Assembly (NCBI RefSeq): GCF_009914755.1
Contig: NC_060926.1
DNA: 64,000 nucleotides
Direction: 5' to 3' (one strand)
From: the human T2T-CHM13v2.0 reference genome, Homo sapiens
In this document: positions 43,065 to 59,925 of the stretch, piece after piece
Numbering within the stretch: position 1 is the first letter of the stretch
How the letters are laid out: the number at the start of each line of letters is the position of its first letter
Notes under the pieces: generated by a model
What the model was told of the DNA's origin: nothing
The model's database searches: none
The model's input: the letters and a program-made list of their open reading frames with translations, nothing else
Position numbers and translations under genes: made by a program

Positions 43065-45054
43065 CTAATGGGTACAGGATTTTCTTTTGGAGTAGTGAAA
43101 ATGTTTGGAACTAGATAGAGGTGGCGGTTACGCATCACTGTGAAGACACTAAGTGCCACTGAATTGTTCACTTTAAAATAGTTAATTTTATGTTATGTGA
43201 ATTTCACCTCAAAAAAAGTCAAAAGCTACATTTTTAGAGCAATTTCAGAAACAAAAACTTCTTTTAAGCAGGTAGTTTATGTCCTTGGCTACAGGGTAGA
43301 GGTTAATCTTCAGGGATATTTCAAAGACATGAATTGACTTATAAAGAATGAGTTTCTGTTAGCATGTGACAGTGAGGATTCTCTAAGGTCAGACTGACTT
43401 CCAAATAGCTATATTAAGAAAGAAAAGTAACAGCTAACGAGTTAGCTTGGGTGCTTCAGAACTACTGGTCTACAAAAACCCAACTAACCAACCCAGATTT
43501 AGTTATGGGAATAAAAGTAAAAGGGTATGAGCAGGGTTAGGCCTTAAAAATATTATTAGCTTTTTTTGAACAGCCTCTTTAAGGTACCCAGTATACATCT
43601 CTACCAAGAGTCTCCTAAGTTTCTAATATGCTATTATCTTTTCAGGAGCAGGTCTCTTATGTATGTACCATTTGTATCATCTGACATCAAGTGAGAGATA
43701 TACACAGCGTCACCACATGTGATGTTCTTGCTGAAAATATCTGACTCTATGTTGGTATAACGCTATTAATGTTGATTTTCTTAGGTGGGGTTCAGGTATT
43801 ACGGTTGTATAAAAATGTCCTTGTTTTTAGAGACACATGCCAAAGTATTTAAGGGTTAAATTTTATGACTGCAGCCTACTTTTTTGGTTGTTTGTCAAAA
43901 GGGAGGTATGGGGGTGGGAGGGAGAAGGAGCAAAAGTGGCAGAGAGTATGTGGCAAAATTTTAACAGTTGATAAATCTAGGTAAAAGCTATTCAGTGTTC
44001 ATTATTGTCCTTTAAGTGTTCCATGGCTTTGAAATTTTTGAAAACAAATAATTCTTTAAAAAGAAAAAGAAGAATCAGATAATAAGACTATCATTCTTGC
44101 ATAAAACTCTTAAATTCAGCCTAACAGATTCAACAGAATGAAGCTTTCACATAGCTCTTTGCAAAATTGATTCACTGTACTTCTTCTTAAATGGCAGGGC
44201 CAACTTCTGACCCCAACATACATTTTTTTCATTTTCCATTTGTTCTTATAAGTTTGAAATTTGAGCCTGAAATTCCTTTAACAGGAAATAAAATTTTATT
44301 CCTAAAAACCCTAGAACACTAAAGAATTGATATTAATACGTAACTAAATGATCAGTGCTTTAAATTTTATAAAATCTCTTCCCCATATCTTTATCTACAT
44401 AACTCTTCAAAAAATCCTATTAAGGAAACTTTTATCATCATCCCTATTTTCAAATCTAAAAAACCTAAGCTGAGGGGGAGTAAGTGATTTGCCCAAAGTT
44501 ACAACAGCTAGTAAGTGACAGAACTAGAACTTAACCCAAGTTTTCAGATTCTAAGTCCTACCCTATGCTTTCTATGTACTATGCTATTTTACAGTAATAT
44601 ATACAATCTTTCAATAGCTTACAATAAAATATATACATATACACACATATATTATTTTTCATAACCCTGTGAAAGAATTAAGACAGATTTCATCCTTGTT
44701 ATTTTATAAATGTGGCACACAGGTTAAGTGACATTCACATGGTCACACAGTAGGACTTCTGAATCCTGTTTGGAATAGGGAAAGCTATTGGGTAACTAAG
44801 GAAGTGCTACTAATTCACACTGCCTCAAAACAGATACATAACGTCAGGTAAGCAATTGTCCATGTATACCCCTTTTAGATAGTTAGATAGAAACAGATAT
44901 TTCCACAGGGGAAAAAAAAAACACAAAAGCTTGCTGATTTTACAACGTTGGTCTTCAGTGTGATTACAGCAGAAAAGGATGGCACAAATAATCAAAACTG
45001 ATCATTAAAACAATTCGATATGGGAGTATATGGTGAAAACGTTAAAAAACATAC

Positions 45055-45149
45055 CCATTTTGAGGTCCTCCATCATTTATCACATTTAAGTGAGATAACT
45101 GCTTTTTCAAGTGGAGTTTATAACTTGCATTAATTCTTAAAAATAACAT
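45055..45149 (-). CDS. VPS54: VPS54 penultimate exon
   Basis: tttcag|ATG...AAT GG|gtatgt; MLFLRINASYKLHLKKQLSHLNVINDGGPQN(G); 95 nt; phase matches the last exon. Confidence 0.96.
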
Positions 45150-47032
45150 CTGAAAAAGAAATAAAACTAAGTTTCTTAAAGTTCTACTGAAATAGAAGAT
45201 ATCTGAGTTATCAATATTATTTAGAGAAAGTATTTTTAAAAACCAAAACCTTTGCTTTGACATATACTTTTAAAATCCTCCTCTGAAAGTATTCTATTGC
45301 TATTTCACTACATTTTTCCTCCTTAGTTGGAAAAACCTTTTTACCCTCCTTAGCAGTACTCCTTTTTGGAAAAATTCCCGTAAGTGGGATCAACTGTGAC
45401 AGGTAAAAATAATAAAAAGTAGTGGGGAATTTTGTAACATAGTAAGTAGGAAGTTGGTAGGGGAAAAAATGTCATAATGATAGAGGCAAAGATACCTTCG
45501 TACTTCTAATCTAGTGAAATCACTTCAAAGCATTTTATTGTTCTTGCATGCAATGACCCAATATTTCTTTGGGAAATACCTAACCTAAAATTATATACAA
45601 TGAAATTATGAAATGATTTTGTGAAATAACATTTTCTGTGGGAAAAATATATATAATAATCTATGGAAGTTTTGTGGAATTACTAGTATTCAAGTGGCAA
45701 TAGTGACATAAAATAACATTTGCCCAGCATTGACAAGAGTACCCTTTAAATTACGCCACAGATAAAACACATGAAGTACCTGTATGCCCAGCTCCCTGAC
45801 CTGGGTAAGTCCTGCTCTAGAATTAGAACTCAGATGGCAAATCCAGAAGGTTAGAATGTCAGAGGTGGAGGATCTTACATGTGGAATGGAAAGGATGGCT
45901 TGGCTAAGAAGAAATTAGAAGGAAAAAGGAGACGACCCTAGTGGGTACGTCGTATTTTACGGCTCCCCTTCAGTCCTCAGTGAGTCCCAAAGGAGTTACA
46001 TGATATTTATTCATGAGTTTGGTATGATTTATGAAAACCTAGGGAAGTACGAAGAAAATGTTAACAGCTAGTATAGGATGGAAGTTTGAGGTAGCATAGG
46101 AAAGGAGACCAGCAGGACCAACAGTAGGCAAGAGACACTAAGAAAGCCACCCTCTGCTCCCAAATACCATTTCCACGCACTCAACCAAGTAAGAGAGACA
46201 AACTGAAATAAACAAACTTGTCTGAATAGCAGAAATCTCAGTGAAAGTTAAATTCATTAGTCATACAGCAACTAGACTTTAATATTATACCATTTATTCT
46301 ACAAACCAGGCACACTTAGTTCAGAGGAAATAAGCTGAGATTAAAAAAAAAAACAAAACTGGTAAAAAAGGGAATACTGAAAACTTCAAAGTTCCAGGAG
46401 AGCGCAACAGGGCTGTAGCGGGTAGAGCTGTTACTGAGGAGTGAAGAGAACTCTGTGATAATACTTTTGTAAGGGAATACAGTAGCGATAGAAGGGTGGA
46501 TACTTCATAGCTGAGAGGTGTCAAAGACTCCCCCACCCTCCATTTTGCTCTTTTTCCTAGTTTGTCTTTACTACAGATCTCTTATGCTGACATAACAATA
46601 AAGCAGATTGAGTTAATTATATGTGTTAATCTTATTAACTCTATCACTAATTCTTTCCATATCCAATTTGAATTACAATCACCGTAACATATTTTGCTAC
46701 TCATTGATAAAGGCCAACTCTAATTTTCCAAGAACAGCGTAATAAATGATGTAAGCAGAATCTGGGACTACTGATCATGGACAAATGGAAAACCTACTTT
46801 TTAGAATTGTTTATAATATAGTAAAGCTCTAGCTCTGGTCTGTCACTGCAAGGAGCACTTAGAAATTAGAAATTTTTATCCATGTTCTACCAGTCAATAT
46901 AACAATGTAAAAAAATGATAATCATATTGGAACATGAACAGCTTAACTGCCAAAAGCATGTAAAAACACCCCAATTCTGTACAGATATTGTATGTTATAT
47001 ATACATGAATAGTTTTAGGAATTACTTCTCAC

Positions 47033-47140
47033 CTGTGTTTGTTCTTCTGGAAGGAGATCAAATATAGCTTCGTGCATTTTTGTCATTTGCTTACAAATAT
47101 TCCTGAAACAGGCAGAAGGAACAGGAGCCTTCACTTCATA
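47033..47140 (-). CDS. VPS54: VPS54 exon (last-2)
   Basis: taccag|TAT...CAG|gtgaga; YEVKAPVPSACFRNICKQMTKMHEAIFDLLPEEQTQ; 108 nt. Confidence 0.96.
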
Positions 47141-47619
47141 CTGGTAGGAAAAAATAATGAGAATTATGTTCATGTCCTCTGAATTGCATGATGTCTCCAC
47201 CATTCCCTGAGACATATATTTACTGTCCCTCCACATATCCAATTCTGGCATAGTACTTAAGCTTACACTTTTCAACTGTGATCTGCGCTACTCATACAAA
47301 TCTTGAGAACTTTTCATTCAACATCTTAATTCACTTTGAAGGAACTAAAATAGCTCAGTGACTAAGAACAAAGCCTGCTTCCAATCTTAGAACAGACTGC
47401 TGGGTTCAGATCCCAGCTCCTCCCATTCTAAGCTAGGTGATGTTGGGCAAGTTATTTAATTTATCTATCCCAAAGGGCTGCTGTGAGGATTAAAAAAGAG
47501 GACTCATAAGAAAGCAAGACAGTGCTTGATACAAAGTAAGTACTCAAAAAATTGTTAGCTACTAATCTGGCTCAATATACAATATAGCCACTCCAAATAA
47601 ACAGATTACGTTTTAAACA

Positions 47620-47880
<261 letters not shown>

Positions 47881-48310
47881 TCAATATAGTAATATTTTAC
47901 CCTAACATTAAAAGGAGGATTTTTTTCAGCAATGTTCTGTGCTAAAAATTTAAACTTAGGTAAATTCATTTTACTATTCTTACATATGAAACAATATGGT
48001 AGTATGACTTTAAAAGCCATCTTTTAGCTTATATTTTAGAATTCACACAGCTGAAGTTATATACCGTTTTATTTATAAGACAAATTTGGGCTAAATACTA
48101 TATCTCCCTTTGGGGAGATAACTGTCTAAAAGCTGGTTGGTGTTCCAAAAAGTGGACAAGGAACGCTATAGGAACTCAAGTGAAGGATATTTACATAATG
48201 ATGTCTAATGGCTTCCCGAGCTGCCCACCTGAGGTGTTCAGTCTTCAAAGGGAAAATAAACAGGTGAAAATATTCCAGGTAGAGGACAGGCCATATCATC
48301 TCAAATCTGG

Positions 48311-48617
<307 letters not shown>

Positions 48618-49170
48618 TCAAATCCGTTTTATACACTATCTGATTAATACTTCTAAAGTACCATTCTAATCGTATGATTAATTCATTAAAAAACTTTTCG
48701 GTTCTACTTTTATTTAAAATTTAGAAAGCTGCAATAGAACATTGCTACTACCTTAACAATACAAAAAACAGATAATCTGTAAGACCATACATCAGAGAAC
48801 AGAGATCAGGGGAACTAATTCCAAAGACTGAAAAGGCCCTCTGAGGAGAGGTGATACACAGGAACTGTCTCACTTTTGGCAGAGCATAAAAAGAAGAGGT
48901 AACCACAAGAGAAGCAAGTAAGATGAAAATAAGTAAAATTTTAACAAATTCTTAAAGGCCAAACGTGGGCTAGGATATATTTAGGATAACTGAAAACCCT
49001 AGCCATAAGGAGAGTTTGCACTCATGCACAAGTTTTACTTCACGGCCTCCAGGAGGTACTCAGAAGAAACAGGAGGATCAAAGGGAGAAGATCATATAGA
49101 TCCACTCCCAGTAGCACAGGTATTCAGGAGGTGATTAGTTGCCACAAGGAAATAGAAACAAATGCCATCA

Positions 49171-49590
<420 letters not shown>

Positions 49591-50244
49591 AAAAACATGC
49601 CTGCTGCTGAAGAAAGGGACAAAAACACCTGAAGCCCAGGATCTTGCACCAGCAGAAGTTGAGAGCAGAAGTATGGGCTCCACATTCAAGGCCAGGGATA
49701 CAGGCTCTACCTAAGATGGAGACCAGACAAGAAGAACAAGCATTTCCCCTATTACCCTTAAGAGCCTAGCAATGAGAGTCTGGAGAAAGACTCCTATTCT
49801 GTAGTGGAGATGTACAGAGATGACTAAAAGATGAGGGTGAAACCAACACTGAGAAAAACCCTCTAACAACACCTCAGGCCCTACATTAAACACAAGGTAG
49901 TAGCAGCCTACTACTGAAGGAGTTGGAAGCCTCTGGCATACTAAGGGTAACAGCAGCAACAACAAAACAGACACCTAGCTTGGTTATTGAATAACTTGAT
50001 TCAAACCATAACAAACATAGCCTGACAGAAGAGGCATGTCCATTTCCATGCATAAACACTATTTACCTCACAGTCTCTACTGTTCTTCTACATACAAGGT
50101 TCAGCATTTAATTAAAAAAAAAACAAAATATACAAAAAAGAAAACAATATCCCACTGTCAAGAAATAAAGCAACCAACAGAACCAGACTGAGAGAGAATC
50201 CAGATGTTGAAACGATTAGAGGGAGATATAAAAATAACTGATTA

Positions 50245-50594
50245 GGCCGGGCACAGTGGCTCAAGCCTGTATTCCCACCACTTTGGGAGGCTGAGGCGGG
50301 TGGATCACCTGAAGTCAGGAGTTCAGACCAGCCTGGCCAACATGGCAAAACCCCATCTCTACTAAAAATATGAAAATTAGCTGGGTGTGGTGGTGCATGC
50401 CTATAATCCCAGCTACTCCAGAGGCTGAGACCTGAGAATTGCTTAAACTCAGGAGGTGGAGGTCACAGTGAGCTGAGATCATGCAACTGTGCTCCAGCCT
50501 GGGCGAAAGAGTGAGACTGTCTCAAAAAATAACATAACAACATAACATAACATAACATAACATAACATAACACAACATAACATAACAAAAATAA
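50245..50594 (+). mobile_element. AluS inside L1 with a (CATAA)n tail microsatellite; TSD aaaataactgatta
   Basis: About 11 pentamer units at 50530-50587. Confidence 0.92.
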
Positions 50595-51725
50595 AATAAC
50601 TGATTAACATGTTAAAGGATCTAATGAAACCGAAATCTCAAGAGAGAAATTGAAACTATAAAAAGGGAAACACACAACAGGTCCAAGAAGTGCAGAAGAA
50701 ACTCAAGCATGATCAAAAACACACAGAACTTAGACACATCATAGTGAAACTGCTGAAAATCAAAGACAATATTTTGAAGGCAAATAGAGCAAAAAACAAT
50801 GAATTACAGCAGACTTCTTGTTGAAAACTATGCGAGCCAGAAGACAACTGAACTGAATTCTACATCTAGCAAAAATATCTTTGAAAAGTGAAGAGAAAAT
50901 ACAGGCTTTTTCAAACAAAAACTGAGATGATTCATTGCTGGCAGATACATTCACAAGAAATATGAGTGGAATGTTTTCAGGCAGTATGGTATCGGATGGA
51001 TCCAAGCAAAGTAATGAAGAACTCCAAAAATTTATCCTCATTTTTTCATAAAAATGAGGATAAATATAAAAGGCATTGTTTTCCTCATTTTTATCACTTT
51101 AAAAGATAACTGATAATCTAAAGCAAAAACAGTGGCAAGGTATCACAGGTTTTATAAAATACGTAGAAGTAAAATGTATGACAATAATAGCACACAGCAG
51201 GAGAGAGAGAAAACAGGTATCCTGTCATAAAGTTCTTACACAATCAGGGAAGTAATGTCATATTATTTAAAGGTAAACTGAAAGATGTATGTTATAATCC
51301 CTAGAGCAGCCACTAGAAACAAACAGAAATATAGCTAGTACACCAACTTTAAAGATTAAACAAAATAAAACTATAAAAAACATTTAATCTGAAAAAAGGG
51401 GAAAATCAGTCAAAGAACAGAAGGAACAAACAGAAGACAGCTAGCAAGATGACAGATTTAAATCTAACTATATAAAAACAATTTAAATGGTTTAATAGGT
51501 CAATGAAAGACAGTAATTGTCAGACTAAGGGAAAAAAGCAAGATCCAGCTTCATTCTGGGTATAAGAAACTAACTTTAAATAAGGCATAGATATGTTAAA
51601 AACACAAGGATAGTAAGAGAAACACTATAAAAACACTATTCAAAAAAATTGGAATGGTTACATTTGTATTAGATAATATGCACTTCAAAAAAAGGAACAT
51701 AACCAGCCATAAAAAGGATATCACA

Positions 51726-52056
<331 letters not shown>

Positions 52057-54106
52057 TTAAGAAAACACAGTAATCCTAAATGTGCATGTATCCAGCAATA
52101 GAACTTCAAGATACATATAACAAAAACTTGCAAAGATCTGAACACAAAAACAGACAAATTTACAATTACAGTAAAAAACTTCAGTGCTCATCTCTCAGTA
52201 ATTGATATAAGAAGTAGACAGAAAATCAGTAAGGACAGAAAAGACCTAAATAACACTACCAACCAACACCACTTAGTTGATATACACAGGACACTCTACC
52301 CAGCAACAGCAAAATACACATTGTTTTCATGTGCATGTGGAACATTAGCCAAGATATTCTTTGGCCACATTCTGGGCCACAAAAGAAATCTTAGACATAA
52401 AATAACTGGAGTCACATAAAGTCTGTTTGCTGACCAAAACAGAATTAGACTTGAGATCAAAACAAAGATTGCTGGAAAAATCCTAGAATATTTAGAAATT
52501 AAGTAACAGATTTCCAAATAACCCAAGGCCAAAGAAGAATCACAAGAGCAATTAGAAAATATTTTGAAATAAATAAAAATAAAAGCACAAAGTATCAAAA
52601 TTTGCAGGACACAGCAAAAGCAGTACATAAAGGAAAACACAGATTATCAAATGCTTATATTCAAAAAAGGAAAAGAAAGGTCTCAAATCAAAAATCTGGG
52701 CTTCTACCTTGAGAAATTAGAAAACAGCAAATTAAATCCAAAGCAAGTTAAAAGAAAATAGAAAATAAATAACACAGACTGGAGCAGGAAAATAAAAAGC
52801 AGAAAAAGAGCAGGAAATATTTACTTTTACTAAAAGATCAAAACATGTGATAAACTTCTAGCCAGAAAGGGGGAGGTGAGGAAGACTTTATAAATTAACA
52901 TCATTACCAATATCATGAAAGAAACAGCAGATAATACAGATCCTCACTGACATTAAAAGAATAAAAGAATATCATATACAAGTTAATGCTTCCAAGTTAA
53001 TAACAGATGAAATAGATAAATCCATTCAAAGAAACAAACTTCCAAAGTGTACTCAAGTAGATTACCCACATAGTCCTATATGTATTTTTTTTTTAATGAA
53101 CTTATTAAAAACCTGCCTGTAAAGTAAGAACAAAGACCAAATGGCTTTACGGGTAAATTCTAACCTAAAACTTGGGGAAAAAATAATACCAACTCCCCAC
53201 AAATTCTTCTTCCAGGAAATATAGGAGGAAGAATACTGTCCAACTCATTTTATGAGTCCAGTATTACTCTGATACCAAAATCAAATAGGCACTTCAAAAC
53301 AAAACAAATAACCCTATAGACCAATATCCTTCATAATACCCCTCCACCACACAAAAAAATCCTTAAGTAGGTTTATCCTATGAATGCAAGGTTGGCTCAA
53401 CCTTAAAAAATCAATGAAGGTAATTCACCTTGGCAATCCTAAAGGCAATCCTAAAATATTTAGAAATTTAGAAATTAATTTCTTCAGACTAAGAAATGCA
53501 GACCATATGATCATCTCAACAGATGCACAAAAAGTATTTGACAAAATTCAACATCTGTTCATCATATAAACCTCTTAGCAAACTTGAACAGAAAGAATCT
53601 TCCTTAACCTGATAAAGGCCTCTTAAAAAAAACCTACAGCTAACATCATACTTAATGGTTAAAGACTGAACATTTTGTCCCAAGACTGGAGAAACCAAGC
53701 ATATCTGTTTTCACCAATTTTATTCAACGTTGTGCTGAAAGTCCTAGCCAGTGCCATAAAGCAAGGAAAAGAAATAAAAGGTATACAGATTGAAAAAGAT
53801 GCAAGATTCTATTTGCAGACAACATGAGTGTGTATGCAGAAAAATCCCAAAGAATCTACAAAATTGGCATTGTAACTAATATGTGAGTTTAGCAAGGATG
53901 CAGGACACAAAGTTAATATAGAAAAATCCAAGGTGTTTCAATATATTAGCATTGAATAATTGGAAACGTAAATCTTAAAAAAAGATACCATGTACAATAG
54001 CATCAAAAATGAAGAAATACTTATAAAATGTGTGCATTATCTGTTTACTGAAAAATACAAAATTTTGATCAAAGAAATTAAAGATGTAAGGAGTAAAGAG
54101 ATAGGT

Positions 54107-54303
54107 CCAGTGGTGTGTGGTAAACATTTAATGGGCTCACTGGGGGAAAAGCACTGGTTTGTAGTATTTGTTAATTTCCATGGTGTAAATATTCACACCA
54201 CTGGCAAAGTTACCAGTGTGCTGTTACTGAATGTAGTATTGGGAAGAGATACACAACATAGTTTCTGGCTAGCAGGTGCAATCTGGCTCTGGTACAAAAC
54301 TGG
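54107..54303 (-). mobile_element. MER63A-like hAT element inside L1 ORF2
   Basis: Termini ccagtggtgtg...caaaactgg; internal ttccatggtgtaaatattcacacca, ttgggaagagat. Confidence 0.7.
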
Positions 54304-54808
54304 ATATACCTTGTTTGTGGATCAGGAGACCCAATAATGTCAATTTCACCCCAACTGATCTATACATTCAACGCAATTTCAATCAAAATCTGAGCAGCCT
54401 TTTTGGTAGTATTTGATAAGCTGATATAAAATTTTATAGGGAAAAGCTAAGGACCTAGAATAGCCAAAACAATTTTGAAAAAGAACAAAATTAGTGAGCT
54501 CACATTATCTTATTTCAAGATTTACAATAATGCTGGAGTAGCTAAGACAGTGTGGTACTGGAACAGAATATAATCTCAAAACCAAACAAAAACAGTTGAT
54601 TTTTAACAAAGGTGCCAGTGGAGAAATGATAGTCTTTTTAACAAAAGGTGCTGGAACTATGAAAAATGAACACTGACTTATACTTTGCATTATATATAAA
54701 TATCAACTAGAAATGAATCATAGCCTTAAATATAAAACCTAAAACAATAACATTCTAGAAAAAAAATTGGAGAATATCTTTGTAACTTGGGTTATACAAA
54801 GATTTCTT

Positions 54809-55174
<366 letters not shown>

Positions 55175-56279
55175 TCATCAAAATCAAAAATTGCTCTAAG
55201 ACACTGTTCATGAAAGGAGAAGACAAGCCACAAACTGGGAGAAAATACTTAGAAACCACATACTGATACAGAATTTGTATCTAAGATATATAAGGAACAC
55301 TTATAAGACAAACAACCTAATATTTTTAAATGAGCAAGAAATCTGAGCAGACACTTTACCAAAGATATGAATGGCAAACAAGCACATGAAAAGATGCTTA
55401 ACATATCTGTAATTATGTAACTTAAAACCACAATGAGTATCACTCCATACACACCTACAAGAGGACGAACATTAAAAAATAAAGTGATGGTGAAGAGCAC
55501 CTGGAACTCTTCTACATGGCAAGTAAAAAGGCAAAATGATGCGTTTTAGAAAATTTTAGAAAAATTTTGCAGTTTCTTATAAAGTTACCATAAAATTTTA
55601 TATTTCCATAATCCACAATTGCCAATCTTATTCCAAGGTATTTATACTAAAGAAATGTAAACACATACCTACACAAAGACTGTACATGTAAGCTTATAAC
55701 AGCTTTCTTCATAACAGCCAAAAACTGGAGAAAATTCAAATGTCTATCAATTGGTGAATGGATAAACAAATAGCAGTGAATCCATACAATGAATACTACT
55801 CTATAATAAAACGGAACAAACCACTGACACATGCTGTAACATCCATGAACTCCAAAAACATTATGTTAAATGAAGTGTGGCACAGTAGACTACATTCTGT
55901 ATAATTCTACTTAGAGGATATTCTGGAAAAGGCAAAACTACATGGACAAATATCAGATCAGTAGCTTTCAGAGGCTGAGTATGGGGAGTGAACTGACTAC
56001 AAAAGTGCCCAAGAGAATGCTTACCAATGATGTTCTATAACTTGCAGTTATACTATCTGTATTTAGATACAGATAGTATACATACACTTAGAAAAGGTGA
56101 ATTTTACTGACTGTAAATTATACCTCAATAAACCTGATATGAATTGCTTAGTTTTCTACTGGTAGTCACAGCGCTCTATTATCTTTCCACCATATCTCCC
56201 ACTCATGTGTGCCCACTCTGATGCATTAGCCAAATGGAACTATTACCTTTATTATTAGTAACAGCAACAGCAAAAGCAT

Positions 56280-56510
56280 TAGCAGTCAATATTTACTAGA
56301 ACTTGCTATAGTCAGATACATGATAAAAGGAAAGCAATCCACATATATTATCTCATTAATACAACTGTATGAAGTAGGCTCCACTATTATCCTCTTTAGA
56401 GGCAGAAACTGAGGCTTAAGGAGATTAATAATTTGCCCAAGGTCCTTCAATAGCTAGTATGTGACAGACATGGGATTTGAATTTAGGTCTACCTGACTCC
56501 AAAACCATGA
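56280..56510 (-). mobile_element. MIR SINE
   Basis: gaaactgaggcttaaggagattaataatttgcccaaggtc...gggatttgaatttaggtctacctgactcc. Confidence 0.75.
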
Positions 56511-56985
56511 CAATGAATTGCCTTAAAATTTCTACCAACATGTTTGCTTATGCTGTTATCTCAGAGATCTGTTCTCCTCAACTTCATTTGCCCTCATCTT
56601 ATCTATCCTTAAAAGCAAAATTTACATGCATGCCTCATTCATAAAACTTTCCCAGATCTCCTTCACCAGCTGACACCATCTCTTCCAAAGCCTTAAAAGC
56701 TCCAGCACTAAATTAGCTCCTTATTTGTAACACTTTACATATATCCTACATCCTGTCATAGTTATTGATGTACTTCCCTGACAAATATTTTGCTATTGGA
56801 GGACAAGATCAAAGGCTTATTCACCCTTGTGTATCCCTGATACTGAACAAAACAGTTTATATTAATACATAACTTACAGAATGAATGAATAAATGAATGG
56901 TGGTTGGAACATTAGTCTAGCTGTTAGTACAATTAGATATTGTTTCATCCTACCCAGGCAATGGTACCCTTACTTATTAGCTGCC

Positions 56986-57608
<623 letters not shown>

Positions 57609-58489
57609 ACTTATTAGCTTCTTAGAATCAACCCATATGTTATTGTGTCATCCTTTCCTAAAATTATATTTTCAGATTAGAACATGAAAGGTTAAAAACT
57701 GAAAGGCAAACCCAAACCAAACACTGTCTGCTATTTTGATATTAATTAAAAACAGGGTCAAACTCCTGAGCAACACATGAAAGCAAACAGAATAGGGAGT
57801 GGCAAAGAGAGACTTGTTAACACAGGAAGAATGTAATATGCCAGAGTAATAGGAAAAGTCATCAATGGAGAAGATACTAGAGAGAACATTATGTTATAAA
57901 AGCCTGGCCATATTCTTCAACGGGTCAATGATATATATTTTTTTAAATGAGGAGGGGCGTGTTCTAGTTTATAAGACTTAAGAGACGTAATAACCAAATG
58001 CAATCTGTGAACCGTGTAGAAGCCTTTGTCCAAACAAATTATTATAAAAAGACATTTTTGGGACAATTAATAAGTTTCAAATAGGAGAATAAATATTAGA
58101 TGATTTTGAGGAATTATCAATTTTGTTAGGTGTGATAATAGTGTGGTTATGTAAAAATGTTCTTAGTTTTTAAAAATGCATACTTAGGTATTTAGGGATA
58201 AAATACCATAATGCCTCAAATTTATTATAAAATATTTTAGCAAAAAAGGCAAATTGTTAATAACGAATATAGGTGATGCATACATGGGAAGTTAATTAAA
58301 CAATTCTCTTTTTTCTTTACAGAAAAAAAAAGTAAGTTGTCATAGGAAAAAGTCTAGTCACTGTGACAATTCTTATTCAAAAACTCTGTGGATGACCAAA
58401 GTGACAGACTAAAGTCAGAGTTTTAAGAGTACTAGCACATCTTTGGTTTTTCTTCATTGTATTCCACAGCCTATTAATTGTTCCACTAT

Positions 58490-58613
58490 TTTTGTTTGTT
58501 TGTTTTAGAGACCGGGTCTTGCTCTGTCACCTAGACTGGAGTGCAGTGGGGTGATCACAGCTCACTGCAGGCTGGAACTCCTGGACTCAAGCATAGTTCC
58601 ACTATTCCCAGCC
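58490..58613 (-). mobile_element. Internally deleted Alu/FRAM-like fragment
   Basis: (gttt)n tail, then gagaccgggtcttgctctgtcacc...ctcaagca; 5'-terminal cccagcc kept. Confidence 0.75.
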
Positions 58614-58964
58614 TAGTTCCACTATTTAACATATATTCTATTCTCCACTGTTAGCTGTTTACAGTCTTCTAACCTTGTTAGATGGTAAGCTTCTTGAGAG
58701 CAGACACAATATGTTACCGACTTTTGGTACACAGAAGAATGCTGTATATCAAAAAGGAAACTGGTAGAATAGAATTGCTTTTGAATGTAGCTTGTACTTG
58801 GCACCCGTGAAGAAAATAAAGCATCTCTAAACAGTAATTTTTCTCCCTTCACAACTAGAAACTAATTTAAATAGGCATAACATAGTATAGGTATGTTTGT
58901 ACATAAATACAAATTCCTTAAGCTTCTTAAAAGTGAAGCATAAAACACCTGTATTACCAACTAC

Positions 58965-59175
58965 ACCAGAGGTGTAGTGTAGTCTGGGGATTCCCAGAAG
59001 TCAGAGACCCTTTCCAGGAATCTGGGAAGTAAAAGCCGCTTTCATAATAATATTATTAATAAGATGCTATTTATCTATTTTACTCTCATTCTCTCATGAT
59101 TGAACAGTGGGGATTTTTAGATGACTTGTGATATCATTATTCTGAAGGCTAATAGAATATGTGTTTGGGTAGTCT
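58965..59175. mobile_element. hAT-Charlie-type DNA transposon fragment
   Basis: gagaccctttccagg...ttcataataatat...actctcattctctcatga...cagtgg. Confidence 0.5.
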
Positions 59176-59925
59176 TGTGTGTGAGTGAATGGACACCACT
59201 TTATCTTGCCCTTTTGATTCTTATGTACCTGCTGTTCCTGCCATTTCGGAATCTGAAGGATGCAAGTAGGATAAAAAGCAAATCAAAGTTCTTTGCTATT
59301 AAGGTTATTCCAAATATGATCTTGGACAGACAGTATACACTGAGTAAACTTTCAGACTTTCAAGTTACGAAATTTTGGCTTTCCCACTAAGACGTGAATT
59401 GAAAAACTTAGGGAAAGTAAACAGTGAAAGATAGATCAAGCGTGATTGGGGCTGACTAAATGATATTTTTCTGAAGATACTCTCCCAGTATAACTGCGAA
59501 TTCTTTGGGGAACACTGCTTCATTTAATGACATATTGGGAATGAAAAACAAACAAGAAATGAATGTTGAAATGAATTAACATAAAAATACTTCTGCATAG
59601 GATTTCTACCATCCTTAGAATCATCTCTCCTACTCCTGCCAGCCCCTTAGAATATCAACTGTTTTGGAAATCCGAAAATTTTGTTGAGTTGTTTTCTAAA
59701 CCCTGAATAATTTGTTAGATAACTGCAGGTTAGACCACTATGGGGGGTCTTGGTCACAGCACATGGTCACATTTTCCTGAAAAAAAATTTAAAATTCTAC
59801 TAATTGGTAAATATCCTATGAAAGTTTAGATTATCTTTTCACATCTTAATTTATAAAGTACTCCTTATAAAATAGAAAATCATAATGTCTTTGAACAAAG
59901 TCTAATAATTTCTATAAATCATTAC

